Positions 32,795 through 44,139 of a stretch of 64,000 nucleotides of DNA are shown here, piece by piece; within the stretch, counting starts at the first letter, position 1, and each line of letters opens with the position of its first letter. The translations under genes were made by a program, and so were the position numbers. Below the pieces are notes generated by a model. The model did not search any database. It was not told the origin of the DNA and saw only the letters and a list, made by a program, of their open reading frames with translations. Source of the stretch: Sandaracinaceae bacterium (GTDB lineage: Bacteria > Myxococcota_A > Polyangia > Polyangiales > Sandaracinaceae); contig JBGAQA010000001.1 of assembly GCA_044220955.1 (NCBI GenBank), positions 134,992 to 198,991 of the forward strand. The letters run 5' to 3'.

Positions 32795-33322
32795 TCAGCG
32801 CTTCCACTTCACGCTGCAGCCCATCGCGGGGTGGACGGTGAAGTCGATCGCTTTGCCTGCGAGCGCGAGATCGATCGCGCGCGCGAGGTCGCGCGACGTG
32901 ACCTTGGACGGATCGCGGGAAGCGTCGTCGATGCGTCCCGCGTAGACGAGCTTGCGCGACGCGTCGAAGAGGAAGGGATCCGGCGTACACTTCGCGTCGA
33001 GCGCGCGCGCGACCTCCTGCGACTCGTCGCGCAGGTAGGGAAACGGAAAGCCCCGCTCCTGCGCGCGCACCTTCATCGCGTCGAGCGAGTCGCCCGGGTG
33101 CGTCGTGGCGTCGTTGGGGTTGATCGCCACGAGCGCCACGCGCCCGGCGTACTGCTTCGCGAGCGCGACCAGGCGCTCCTCGTACGCGATCGAGACCGGG
33201 CAGTGGTTACAGGTCACCACCAGCAAGAGCAGCGGCTCGCGGAAGTCGGCGCTGGACCACGTGCGGCCGTCCACACCGGGGAGGGAGAACGAAGGTGCAG
33301 GCGAGCCGAGGGGGAGCTCCAT
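32795..33322 (-). CDS. Thioredoxin-fold AhpC/TSA family protein
   Basis: APSFSLPG.DG, CNHCP, YL.DESQEVA, CTPDPFLFD, YAGRID and GCSVKW. Confidence 0.9.
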   Translation of the reverse strand: MELPLGSPAPSFSLPGVDGRTWSSADFREPLLLLVVTCNHCPVSIAYEERLVALAKQYAGRVALVAINPNDATTHPGDSLDAMKVRAQERGFPFPYLRDESQEVARALDAKCTPDPFLFDASRKLVYAGRIDDASRDPSKVTSRDLARAIDLALAGKAIDFTVHPAMGCSVKWKR

Positions 33323-33378
33323 GCGCCGAGCTTCGGTTCGACCCCCTCGCGACGCAAGGGGAACGACGGTCCGCTCGG

Positions 33379-33524
33379 AGGCTGTACCGGGAGTCGACGG
33401 CCGCCGCGGGCATGACGAGGCCGGTGCGCGCGACGAGCGGCGTGCCTCGCGAGGCGAGCGGTAGCGAGCCGAGTCGGTAGACGCATCCGGCTCTGCCGGT
33501 GCGTCGAGGGGGCGGCTCACGCCC
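33379..33524. repeat. Dispersed structured repeat, copy B
   Basis: Hairpins GACGCA-T-CCGG-CTCTG-CCGG-TGCGTC (33480-33505) and GGGCG-GCTCA-CGCCC (33510-33524). Confidence 0.85.
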
Positions 33525-33532
33525 ACTGAAAT

Positions 33533-34519
33533 TCAGAGCGCGGGGCGGCCGAACCCGCAGACGCCGGCGGCGGAGCAAGCGGGCTCGGGCGGGCGCGCGC
33601 AGGGACGCGCCGGGCAGACGTCGATGCCGTGCGTCGCGGCGCAGAAGAGGTTCCACGACGCCTGGTTCGCGGCCGCCGCGCTCGCGAGCGCCGGAGAGGG
33701 GCAGCCGGGGCAGTAGCAGTCCGCCTCGCTCGTGACGGGCGTGGGGTAGAACGTCAGCGCGCACTCCGCGTCGCTCGAGCAGGTCGTCGGCGCCGGCAGC
33801 GCGGGGAAGAACACCTGCGTGGCCACGATGCTCACCGCGCCGGTGCGCCGGTTGCGCACGTTGTGGCCGGTCGCGATCAGGCCCTGGCCCGCGAGCGCCG
33901 TGCCCACCGCGTCGCGCTGTGCGTCGGTGAGACCGGCCGCTCCGAGATCGAGGTCCGAGAGCATGCGCTCGAGCGTCGAGTTGAGCTTCTGCTCGTGGAT
34001 CGAGAAGCAAGGCGCGCGCACGCAGCGGATGCCCGCGTCCTCGAGCGCGTAGAACACTCCGTCGGCCACGCCGTCGTTGGCAGCGACCCAGCCGCGCTCG
34101 GCGTGCATCACGGCGTACGTGAGCGTCCCGTTCGTCTCCGTGCGGATCGTCCCCTCGATCACCGCGCGGCCGCTCGCGAACGACGAGGACAGCGCGCTCG
34201 CCTCGTCCGCCGACAGGCCGATCGCGGACGCGTCGAGCTGCGCGACGTAGCACTCGCTCGCGCTGCTGCCATCGGCGCACCGGGTGGTCGTGCGGTTCGC
34301 GCGGCTCACCCAGAGCCCACCGCAGAAGGGCCAGGCGCAGCGCCGGAAGTCCTGGCGCGCGATGAAGTGCGTGGCGCTCGAGGCGGCGGAGTCGGCGGCG
34401 CCGAGCGCCACGTCGTTGCCGCTCTCGGCCGAGTCGTCCAACCACTCCGGCGCATCGGAAGCGCATCCGGAGACGGTCAGGGCGACGAGGGCAGCGAGAA
34501 AGAGGCGTGACGGGGTCAT
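33533..34519 (-). CDS. DUF6748-like lipoprotein
   Basis: Lipobox VSGC; R.D.RRCA.P.CGG.WV.R.N...T.C.DG....CYVA; GIRC..APC. Confidence 0.72.
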   Translation of the reverse strand: MTPSRLFLAALVALTVSGCASDAPEWLDDSAESGNDVALGAADSAASSATHFIARQDFRRCAWPFCGGLWVSRANRTTTRCADGSSASECYVAQLDASAIGLSADEASALSSSFASGRAVIEGTIRTETNGTLTYAVMHAERGWVAANDGVADGVFYALEDAGIRCVRAPCFSIHEQKLNSTLERMLSDLDLGAAGLTDAQRDAVGTALAGQGLIATGHNVRNRRTGAVSIVATQVFFPALPAPTTCSSDAECALTFYPTPVTSEADCYCPGCPSPALASAAAANQASWNLFCAATHGIDVCPARPCARPPEPACSAAGVCGFGRPAL

Positions 34520-34615
34520 GTGCGTGCTCCGGGCCAATTGGCGGTCTCTTCGTACCCGCACCTACCATGTGGTCAAGACGAATTCGGCGAGCGCACGGGG
34601 TAGAGTCCCTGGCGT

Positions 34616-35791
34616 ATGCCGCGCTTCCCGAACGTCGCCGAGACCTCGCTCGGGCTGAGTGATCGCGTCTTCGGCGCGCTCGTCGCCAAGGCGCGCGCGC
34701 GCGGGGGTCGGGTCCACGCGCTGCACGTCGGCGACACGTACCTCGACCCGCTGGAGTCGGCGCGGGCCGAGGCGCAGTTCAGCGCCGAGCACCCGCGGCT
34801 GCACAACTACGCGCCGGTGCAGGGCGAGCCTGCGCTCCTCGACGCCGTGCTCCGGCACGTGCAGCGCCGCGCCGGCGTGTCGCTGGATCGCGAGCTCGTG
34901 CAGATCGTGAGCGGCGCGACCGCAGGCATCGCGGTGGTCGTCGACTCGCTGCTCTCGCCGGGCGACGAGCTGGTGCTGCTCGCGCCGTTCTGGCCGCTCG
35001 TTCGCGGAACGTCGGCCCGGCGCGGCGTGAAGGTCGTCGAGGCGCCCTTCTTCGACCGGCTCGAGGCGCTCACGACCGCCGACGCGGTGGAGAGCTACCT
35101 CGAGGCCTACGCCTCGCCGCGCTCGGCCGCGGTCTACGTGAACAGCCCGCACAATCCCACCGGCGGCATCCTCGCGCCGCACCACGTCGAGGGCATCGCG
35201 CGCTTCGCCGAGCGCCACGGCCTCTGGGTGATCTCGGACGAGGTGTACGAGGAGCTCTGGTTCGACGCGCCGCCCGAGCCGATCTGGACGCACCCGTTGA
35301 TCCGGCCGCGCGCGGTCGTCGTGCACTCGGTGAGCAAGGCGTACGGCCTGGCCGGCGCGCGCGTCGGCTTCGCGCACGGTCCGCCCGAGGCGATGCAGGC
35401 GATCCGCGGCGTGCAGACGTTCGTGACCTACTGCGCGCCGCGCCCCTTCCAGCTCGCGGCCGCGCGCGTGCTCGACGAGGGGCAGGGCTGGATCGCGCGC
35501 GCGCGCGAGCACTACGGCGAGCTCGCGAAGAAGGCGGCCGGCGCGCTCGGCGTCCCCGCGCCTCCGGCCGGCACCTTTCTCTTCGTGGACGTGCGCGCGC
35601 ACATGCGCGAGGGCGAGGCCGACGCGACCGGCTTCCTCGAGCGCTGCGTCGAGGCGGGCGTGCTGCTCACCCCGGGTCAGGCGAGCGGCAAGGACTTCGG
35701 GACGTGGGTGCGCCTCTGCTTCACCACCCTGCCGCCCGACGAGCTCGACGAGGCCCTCGCCAAGCTCCGCACGGTGCTGCGCCGGGGCTGA
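34616..35791 (+). CDS. PLP-dependent aminotransferase, class I/II
   Basis: NSPHNPTG, SDEVYE and SVSKAYGLAGARVG. Confidence 0.93.
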   Translation: MPRFPNVAETSLGLSDRVFGALVAKARARGGRVHALHVGDTYLDPLESARAEAQFSAEHPRLHNYAPVQGEPALLDAVLRHVQRRAGVSLDRELVQIVSGATAGIAVVVDSLLSPGDELVLLAPFWPLVRGTSARRGVKVVEAPFFDRLEALTTADAVESYLEAYASPRSAAVYVNSPHNPTGGILAPHHVEGIARFAERHGLWVISDEVYEELWFDAPPEPIWTHPLIRPRAVVVHSVSKAYGLAGARVGFAHGPPEAMQAIRGVQTFVTYCAPRPFQLAAARVLDEGQGWIARAREHYGELAKKAAGALGVPAPPAGTFLFVDVRAHMREGEADATGFLERCVEAGVLLTPGQASGKDFGTWVRLCFTTLPPDELDEALAKLRTVLRRG

Positions 35792-35797
35792 CCCGCC

Positions 35798-37255
<1,458 letters not shown>

Positions 37256-37380
37256 CGCGCCGACCTCCGCACGGGATCGAGCCACGTCGTCGCTTCGATG
37301 ACAACCGGGACGACGCCCGCAGGTCCGCGCGCTCGGCGTGCACCGCGCCCGGCGCGAAGCCGCGTGCGACACTGCCGGCC

Positions 37381-37923
37381 GTGAGGACCCTCGGGCGCGG
37401 CCCGCGCAACCTGCTGCTCGCCTTCCACATCCTCTTCGCCGCCACCTGGCTCGGGGGCGTGGCGGCGCTGATCCTCGTCTCGGTGCTGCACCCGCGGCCC
37501 TCTTCGAGCGAGGCGCTCGTCGTCGTTCGCACGACGATGCAGTGGATCGACTGGACGTTGATCATCCCCTCGTGTCTCGGCTCGCTCCTCACCGGCTTTC
37601 TCTCCTCGCAGCTCACGCCCTGGGGCTACTTCAAGCACCACTGGGTGGTCGTGAAGTGGGTGCTGACCGTGGGGATGGTGCTCTTCGGGGCGCTGGCCCT
37701 CGGGCCCTGGGTCGACGCCACCGCGACGCACGCGAGCGAGCGCGGGATCGCGGCGCTCGACGAGCCCGCCTACGCGGGGCTCGCCGGGCGGGTCGTCGCG
37801 TTCGCGATCGTGCAGCTCGTGCTGCTCCTGGTGATGCTCGGGCTCTCGGCCTTCAAGCCTTCCCGGATCCTCGGCGGGGCGGCGCCTCGCTCGCCCCGAC
37901 CCGAGCGGGACCGGCCGGGGTGA
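37381..37923 (+). CDS. DUF2269-like 4-TM membrane protein
   Basis: HILFAATWLG, LLTG....TPWGYFKH.WV..K and FKP. Confidence 0.75.
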   Translation: MRTLGRGPRNLLLAFHILFAATWLGGVAALILVSVLHPRPSSSEALVVVRTTMQWIDWTLIIPSCLGSLLTGFLSSQLTPWGYFKHHWVVVKWVLTVGMVLFGALALGPWVDATATHASERGIAALDEPAYAGLAGRVVAFAIVQLVLLLVMLGLSAFKPSRILGGAAPRSPRPERDRPG

Positions 37924-37942
37924 GGCGGGGTGCGGCCGGAGA

Positions 37943-38416
37943 TCAGCCGAACGCCGCGTAGCGGGCGGTCATCACCCACACGGTGAGGATGGCGGCGCCG
38001 AACGAGGGCACGCCGAGCGCAGCCCAGATGCGGGCGTAGCGATGGAACAGAGGCGGGATCTCGGTCCCCTCGCGGAGCGCCGTCTCGGCCAGCGCGCGCA
38101 TGCGGAGCTGGAGCCAGGCCGCGGGCAGCCACGTGACGCCGGCCACCGCGTAGCCGCAGAGCCCCCAGAGGACCCAGCCCGACGTCCAGTCGTGGCCGCC
38201 ACGAACCGCCAGCCAGAGCCCGCTGAGGGGCAGGAGCACGCCCGCGGGCACCGTGAAGAGCCAGTCGGCGAGCACGATCTCGCGCGCGGCCCACACGATC
38301 ACGCGGACGTCGCCCGATCGGTCGGCGCGCCACTTGTACCAGGCGGAGCCCAGGCCGGTGCCCAGGAAGAGCACGGCGGCCAGGATGTGAACGACCTTCA
38401 GCGCGAAGTAGAGCAT
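37943..38416 (-). CDS. DUF2269 family integral membrane protein
   Basis: LKVVHILAA.LFLGTG, ADWLFT.PA and WLPAAWLQ.RM. Confidence 0.85.
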   Translation of the reverse strand: MLYFALKVVHILAAVLFLGTGLGSAWYKWRADRSGDVRVIVWAAREIVLADWLFTVPAGVLLPLSGLWLAVRGGHDWTSGWVLWGLCGYAVAGVTWLPAAWLQLRMRALAETALREGTEIPPLFHRYARIWAALGVPSFGAAILTVWVMTARYAAFG

Positions 38417-39168
38417 CGTCGTGCCAGTACCCAGGTTCCCGCGATGATCGGGAGGTTCTTGATCAGGGGTCCGAACGGATGCACCAGCATCTCGGGGTGC
38501 GCAGCGACCACGAGGGCCGGTAGCACGACCAGCGCGGCGAGCTCGAGCAGGAGCAGCGGGCGCAGGAGCCGGGGCGGGAGGAAGAGCATCGCGACGCCCG
38601 CGGCGATCTGCGCGAGGCCCACGAGGTGCACGAGCAGCGACGCCGTGCTCGCGTCGACTCCGATCACCATCACGACGTCGAGCTCGAGCGGGCTCTGGAA
38701 GATCTGCTTGGGGAAGAGCCCCTCGGTGATCCAGATCGCACCGAGGGTGAACCGCAGCACGCGCTCGACGCGCGGACCGTGGCCCTCGCGGCGGAGCAGG
38801 TACGCCGCCCAGACGGCGCCGATCAGGGGCACGTTCTTCGTCAGGACGCCGAAGGGGTGCACGAGCAGGAGCGGCTCCTCCGCCGCGAGGATCGCGGTGA
38901 ACGCGAGGACCGGAGCGGTCTGCGCGAGCGCCTGCCAGACGTCGGTCGGGCGGAACACCAGCGCGAGCGCGAGGAGCACCTCCGCCGCGCAGGTCACCAC
39001 CATCACCGTGGGCGACATGCCGAGCGGCGCGAGGTACCGCGCGCCCACCTCGCGGTAGTAGGGATGCAGCACCGAGATGCCGGTCAGGAGCCACACCGCG
39101 GCGACGGAGACGCGCAGCAGGCGCTCGTCGCGCTCGGCCGGGTCGCGCGAGCCCGCCACGGCGCTCAC
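38398..39168 (-). CDS. DoxX-like family membrane protein with two repeated units
   Basis: Duplicated ..HPFG(V/P)L.KN.P motif; LR...A.(V/I)W...G. Start at GTG 39168 is inferred. Confidence 0.8.
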   Translation of the reverse strand: MSAVAGSRDPAERDERLLRVSVAAVWLLTGISVLHPYYREVGARYLAPLGMSPTVMVVTCAAEVLLALALVFRPTDVWQALAQTAPVLAFTAILAAEEPLLLVHPFGVLTKNVPLIGAVWAAYLLRREGHGPRVERVLRFTLGAIWITEGLFPKQIFQSPLELDVVMVIGVDASTASLLVHLVGLAQIAAGVAMLFLPPRLLRPLLLLELAALVVLPALVVAAHPEMLVHPFGPLIKNLPIIAGTWVLARRCSTSR

Positions 39169-39272
39169 GGCGCCCCCACGAGCGCAGTCACCCTGCGGAC
39201 GGGCATGGGGGACTCTCGCCGCGGCGTCCTCCGAAGGCAAGCCCCCGGGAGCGCCGCGAGCCCGTCGATCGC

Positions 39273-41897
39273 TCAGCGCGTGAAGAAGATCGGGTTCGAG
39301 ACGGCGAAGGGCATGCGGCCCGGGTGCAGATCGTCCATCGCCGTCTCGCCGCTCGCGTGGAACACCACCCACGAGCCGAGCGTTCCGACCGCCACCGGGA
39401 CGTCGATCATCTCGTCGAACACGATCGTCGGGTCGACCTCGGTGCGAGGCCCCGGAAGCGTCAGGGTGCTCGTCGTCGCCCCGTCCACGATGACCTCGAG
39501 CGAGCGCACCTCGACCCACTCGGCGGCGCGAACCACCACGTGCACCGTCTCCATCGCCGCCGCCCCCGCGACCGTGTCGCCGGGCCCGGCGCCGCCCATC
39601 GTCGTGACGTCCATGTAGACGCCGCCCGAGATCACCGCGTGGCCCGCGTTCGTCGCGTCGCGAACGTCGTTGGCGTCGACCATCCGAGGATCGTCGGTCC
39701 CGAGTGCGAGGCACGTCCGCGGGTAGCCGGTGGGCGCCTCGTAGAGGTGGTGGCTGTCCGAGCTGCCGACCGCCCAGACGTGACGTCCCATCCGCAGGAA
39801 CGAGAACCAGTCGGGCACCGTCGTCGTGCGGTTCGACTCGAAGCTCGAGTCGTTCGCCAGCTCGATCACCTGGAAGTCCTCGTCCCAGAAGTCCGGGCGA
39901 TCCGCCATGCCCGTGACGGGGTCGTACCCCGCGATCGCGAAGTAGCCGAAGCCCAGCGCATTGATGCGCGGGTGGTTGATGATCAACGCCGGATCCTCGG
40001 GACGCGCGCGAACCTCCGCGAACACGGGCGGAGGAGTGCGGCCGACCCACGGGATCGCGCCGGCGCTCGGCCGCGACGGATCCGGGATCAGCGGGAACAC
40101 GCCGAAGTGGCCCCACTCGAAGGTCGTGAGCTCGAGCCCCGAGATGCCGAGCGCCCACGCCGAGACGCCGAGCGCCGTGACCACCTCGCCGAAGTCCGCG
40201 ACGTACTGGTGATCGCTCCGCACGGCGATCTCGAGGCCGTCCGCGACGAGCGCCGTGACCTTGTCCGCGCCGTCGTCCTCGGAGTCGGGAGAGCGGGTGG
40301 TGTGGACGTGATAGTCGGCGCAGAGCCGGCCCGTGGTGTCCACCGAGTGCTGCATGTCGGCGGCGACCTCGACCGTCGCGCCCGCGGCGACGGTCACGGT
40401 GCGGTCGTCGAGCTCGTACTCGTAGCCGCGCGAGACGACGACGCGCCACGAGCCCGCGGGCACCCGGAGCGTGCTCTCACCGTCGAGCGCGAAGTCGACG
40501 TGCGTGCGCCCCGTCGTGACCGCGACCTCGCCGAAGGTCGCCGGCACGGGCGCCGGGGACCCCGAGGAAGGGAGCACCTGGACTCGCACCGGCAGCGGCA
40601 TGCCGCCCTCGGTCGCCAGGACGTGGATGGTCCCGTAGGCGGGGAGCGAGACGTTCGCGCTCGCCGGATCGCCGGCCGGCACGTCGACGTCGGCCGTCGC
40701 GAAGCCACGACGGTAGGCGCGCACGCGTGCGCTGCCCGCGGCCGGGATCTCCATCGAGAAGGTTCCGTCCGCCGCGACCTGCGCGCGCGTGAGATACGTG
40801 CCGCCGACCTCGACGTGCACGCGGGCGTCGGCCGCCGGCGTCGTTCCGTCGGCCTCGGTGACCCTGCCGCGGAGGGCTCGGAGCGGGGTTCCTTCTGCGC
40901 GGGCCATGGACGCGACCACGGCGGGCAGATCCCGGCCGATGACGAGGCTCCCGATCGGGATGTCGACCTGGGAGCACGCCGGGAGCGTGGCCGGGCCCAT
41001 CGAGATGACCTGGACGCCGGAGATCTCGATCAGCACGGCGAGCGAGCGACCGGCGGGCGCACGCCAGCCCCACGCCGCGTTGCCGTGGATGTCGTCGTAC
41101 GCGAGGTAGGGCAGCATGCCGCTGCGCGACGCGAAACCACCGCCCCCCGGGGCGAGCGTCGGCATGCGAGACTGCTGGAAGACGCCCAGCAGCATGCGGC
41201 TCGCGCGCCGCTCGACGCCGTCGGGCTGGAGCACGTGCACGCTGACCTCGACGGCGTCGGCGCCGGGCGCGAGGCTGTAGTCGATCGCGACCTGCCAGTC
41301 CTCGAACACGTCGGAGCGCGACGTGATCGCGGACAGGATGTCGCCGGCGAAGTCGATCGCGTGCAGCGGTCCGCTGGCACGAATGACGGCTGGCCCTCCT
41401 GCCGAGCCGTCGGCGATCACGCCGACGTGATCCGTCTCGGGCTGGAACGTGGCGAGGCCCATCAGGAGCTCGTTGAAGTCGGCGGCATCGACGAGCGCGC
41501 CACCCTCGACGCGCGCGACGCCGACGGGACGTCCGCCCCACGTGTCGTAGAGGTCGCTCACGCCCACGTCCTCGACGAGCAGCGCGACGCGGTCGTTGGC
41601 CAGCACGAAGTCGCCGGCGGACCACGTGGCCAGGCCGGTCGCGCTCGCCGGGAGCATCGCCGCGGTGAGCCGGCCCGCGCGGGCCTCGGTCGCGCTCGCG
41701 CCGAGCGGGGACGCGTGCCCGTCGCCCCCGTGCGCGAACGGTGGCGGCGGCGTGTCGCACGTCGGCATCGGCCCGGCGTCGGTCGGGCCGACGTCGGCCG
41801 CGGCATCGCCGCTCGCGGCGTCGACGGGCGCCGGTGGGGGGTTGTCACAGCCGGCGGCGAGGGCGACCAGCACGAGGGGAAGCGTCGTCCGAAGCAT
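39273..41897 (-). CDS. CehA/McbA-like PHP-domain metallohydrolase lipoprotein
   Basis: Lipobox AAGC; DYHVHT.RSPDS, SDH, GHFG, INHPR, GSSDSH and SNPIF. Confidence 0.85.
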   Translation of the reverse strand: MLRTTLPLVLVALAAGCDNPPPAPVDAASGDAAADVGPTDAGPMPTCDTPPPPFAHGGDGHASPLGASATEARAGRLTAAMLPASATGLATWSAGDFVLANDRVALLVEDVGVSDLYDTWGGRPVGVARVEGGALVDAADFNELLMGLATFQPETDHVGVIADGSAGGPAVIRASGPLHAIDFAGDILSAITSRSDVFEDWQVAIDYSLAPGADAVEVSVHVLQPDGVERRASRMLLGVFQQSRMPTLAPGGGGFASRSGMLPYLAYDDIHGNAAWGWRAPAGRSLAVLIEISGVQVISMGPATLPACSQVDIPIGSLVIGRDLPAVVASMARAEGTPLRALRGRVTEADGTTPAADARVHVEVGGTYLTRAQVAADGTFSMEIPAAGSARVRAYRRGFATADVDVPAGDPASANVSLPAYGTIHVLATEGGMPLPVRVQVLPSSGSPAPVPATFGEVAVTTGRTHVDFALDGESTLRVPAGSWRVVVSRGYEYELDDRTVTVAAGATVEVAADMQHSVDTTGRLCADYHVHTTRSPDSEDDGADKVTALVADGLEIAVRSDHQYVADFGEVVTALGVSAWALGISGLELTTFEWGHFGVFPLIPDPSRPSAGAIPWVGRTPPPVFAEVRARPEDPALIINHPRINALGFGYFAIAGYDPVTGMADRPDFWDEDFQVIELANDSSFESNRTTTVPDWFSFLRMGRHVWAVGSSDSHHLYEAPTGYPRTCLALGTDDPRMVDANDVRDATNAGHAVISGGVYMDVTTMGGAGPGDTVAGAAAMETVHVVVRAAEWVEVRSLEVIVDGATTSTLTLPGPRTEVDPTIVFDEMIDVPVAVGTLGSWVVFHASGETAMDDLHPGRMPFAVSNPIFFTR

Positions 41898-42001
41898 GGC
41901 CCGAGCGTGCCGCGGGAACGCCGCGGGTTCAACGCTCCGCGGCGCCGGGCGCTCCGGCGGGTGACAAGGGGCCGCGGCGCACGCGATGATGCGCTCGCAC
42001 C

Positions 42002-42442
42002 ATGGCGCTCTCCCAGCTGATCTACCTGAGCCACGCGACCGAGAAGCTCTCGCTGCGCGACACGATGAGCATCGTCGACGTCGCGAGCGAGAACAACGCG
42101 GCGGCGGGGATCACCGGACTGCTCTGCTACGGCGGCGGCTACTTCCTCCAGGTGCTCGAGGGCGAGGGCGACGTGGTGAGCCGGACGTTCTGCCGCATCA
42201 TGCGCGACCCTCGCCACGCCGACGTCCGACTGGTTCACTTCTCGGTCATCGGCGTGCGCCGCTTCGACGACTGGTCGATGCGCCTGATCAACCTCGACGA
42301 CCCGAACCGGCCGGAGGACATGCGCCGACCGCATCGCTACCGGCTCGACCGGACGCATCCGTTCTTCAGCACCGATCCGGATGTCGCGTTCTGGATGCTC
42401 TACGACCAGAAGCTCGCGACGCTCGACGATCGGGGCCGCTGA
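42002..42442 (+). CDS. Stand-alone BLUF blue-light sensor
   Basis: LIY.S, NN...GITGLL, FLQVLEG, I.RDPRH and RF.DWSM. Confidence 0.92.
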   Translation: MALSQLIYLSHATEKLSLRDTMSIVDVASENNAAAGITGLLCYGGGYFLQVLEGEGDVVSRTFCRIMRDPRHADVRLVHFSVIGVRRFDDWSMRLINLDDPNRPEDMRRPHRYRLDRTHPFFSTDPDVAFWMLYDQKLATLDDRGR

Positions 42443-42509
42443 CGCGGCTCCTGGCCCGACCCGTCCACGCGCCAACCCTCCACGCGGATGCGAAGGGGGC
42501 CAGACGACC

Positions 42510-42989
42510 CTACTGGGCGCCCTCGATGGGGTCGGAGCCTCCCCCGAGATCGCCGAGACCGAGGTCGTCGCCTGTGCCCGTGCCCGTCGCCGACGGCGGG
42601 TGTGCGTGATGCGCGCCGTGATGCGCGGGGGCGTCGATCCCCGCGTCGTGCGGCACGACGGCGGCGTCCGGGTACACGAAGGCCGGCCCCGTGTCGGGCG
42701 GCGAGTACATGAAGATCGGCAGCACGCTGTGCGCCACCTCGGGGAAGCTCTCGCGCAGCGCGTACACGGCCCCGACGAAGGCGCCGGCCCCGACGACCAC
42801 GATGCCCAGGACGAGCGCCCACGGAAACGCGCGCGCCTTCTTCTCCTCCTCGGCGAGACGCGCCTTGGCGGCCTCGCGCACCATCTCGGTCTTCGCCTTC
42901 TGGACCTCCATCTCGCGCTTGAGCGAGTTCAGGCTCATGCGCTCGAAGTCGGTCTTGCTCTTCGGCGGATCATCCCCCTCGTCGGCCAT
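42510..42989 (-). CDS. Hypothetical single-TM protein with N-terminal coiled coil
   Basis: Charged helix, TM (WALVLGIVVVGAGAFVGAVY) and a low-complexity tail. Confidence 0.65.
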   Translation of the reverse strand: MADEGDDPPKSKTDFERMSLNSLKREMEVQKAKTEMVREAAKARLAEEEKKARAFPWALVLGIVVVGAGAFVGAVYALRESFPEVAHSVLPIFMYSPPDTGPAFVYPDAAVVPHDAGIDAPAHHGAHHAHPPSATGTGTGDDLGLGDLGGGSDPIEGAQ

Positions 42990-43056
42990 GAGGCGGACTA
43001 TCTCACACCTGGGTTGACCGGACGTGTGGACGTCTTATCGTCCGCCGAATTCCGCC

Positions 43057-44121
43057 ATGGGCCAGAAGCGCGACTACTACGAGGTCCTGGGCGTCGAGCG
43101 CACCGTCACGACCGTCGAGCTGAAGAAGGCCTACAAGAAGGTCGCGCGCGAGCTGCACCCCGACGTGAACCCGGACGATCCGACGGCCGAGGAGCGCTTC
43201 AAGGAGGCGTCCGAGGCGTTCCAGGTGCTCTCCGACGACCAGAAGCGCGCGATCTACGACCGCCACGGGCACGCCGGGCTCGAGCAGCGCGGCGGCGTCG
43301 GCTTCGGCGGGATCGAGGACATCTTCTCGTCCTTCGGCGACATCTTCGGCGACATCTTCGACTTCGGCGGCCGCGGTGGGCGGGCCCGCGGCCCGCAGCG
43401 CGGCGGAGACGTGCGCGCGGGCGTGCGGCTCACCCTCGAGGAGGCCGCGTTCGGGACGACGAAGGAGGTGAAGCTCTCCTTCCCTGCGCCTTGCACCGCG
43501 TGCAACGGCACGGGCGCCGAGGGCGGGAAGCTACAGACGTGCGCCACCTGCGCCGGCCACGGCCAGGTCGTGCAGGGCCGCGGCGGGTTCATGCTGCGCA
43601 TCACCTGCCCTGCCTGCCGCGGCGCCGGCCAGCAGGCCGTGAAGGCGTGCCCCACGTGCGGCGGCCGCAGCGAGGTGCCGATCGAGCGCACCGTGAAGGT
43701 GAACATCCCCGCGGGCATCGACGAGGGCCGCAGCCTGCGCCTGAGCGGGCAGGGGCAGCCCGGCCGGATGGGCGGCCCTGCGGGACACCTCTACGTGGTG
43801 ATCGAGGTCCTCCCGCACGAGCGCTTCCAGCGCGACGGCGACGACCTCGTGCACGAGCTGCACGTCTCGTTCACGCAGGCGGCGCTCGGGGCGACCGTGC
43901 CGCTCGAGCTGCTCGGCGGCGAGAAGATCGAGGTGAAGATCCCTGCCGGCACGCAGCCGGGCGAGGCGATCAAGGTGAGCGGCAAGGGCGTCACCAGCCT
44001 CGAGGGGCGCGGGCGCGGCAACCTCGTCTGCGTGACGCAGATCGACGTGCCCAAGAAGCTGAGCGCGAAGGCCAAGAAGCTCCTGCTCGAGCTGCAAGAG
44101 GCGTTCGAGAAGGACGCCTGA
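43057..44121 (+). CDS. dnaJ: Molecular chaperone DnaJ
   Basis: DYYEVLGV, HPD, G/F region, four CxxCxGxG-type repeats and C-terminal IPAGTQPG. Confidence 0.95.
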   Translation: MGQKRDYYEVLGVERTVTTVELKKAYKKVARELHPDVNPDDPTAEERFKEASEAFQVLSDDQKRAIYDRHGHAGLEQRGGVGFGGIEDIFSSFGDIFGDIFDFGGRGGRARGPQRGGDVRAGVRLTLEEAAFGTTKEVKLSFPAPCTACNGTGAEGGKLQTCATCAGHGQVVQGRGGFMLRITCPACRGAGQQAVKACPTCGGRSEVPIERTVKVNIPAGIDEGRSLRLSGQGQPGRMGGPAGHLYVVIEVLPHERFQRDGDDLVHELHVSFTQAALGATVPLELLGGEKIEVKIPAGTQPGEAIKVSGKGVTSLEGRGRGNLVCVTQIDVPKKLSAKAKKLLLELQEAFEKDA

Positions 44122-44139
44122 CGTCGCGCGAGCCGCCGG

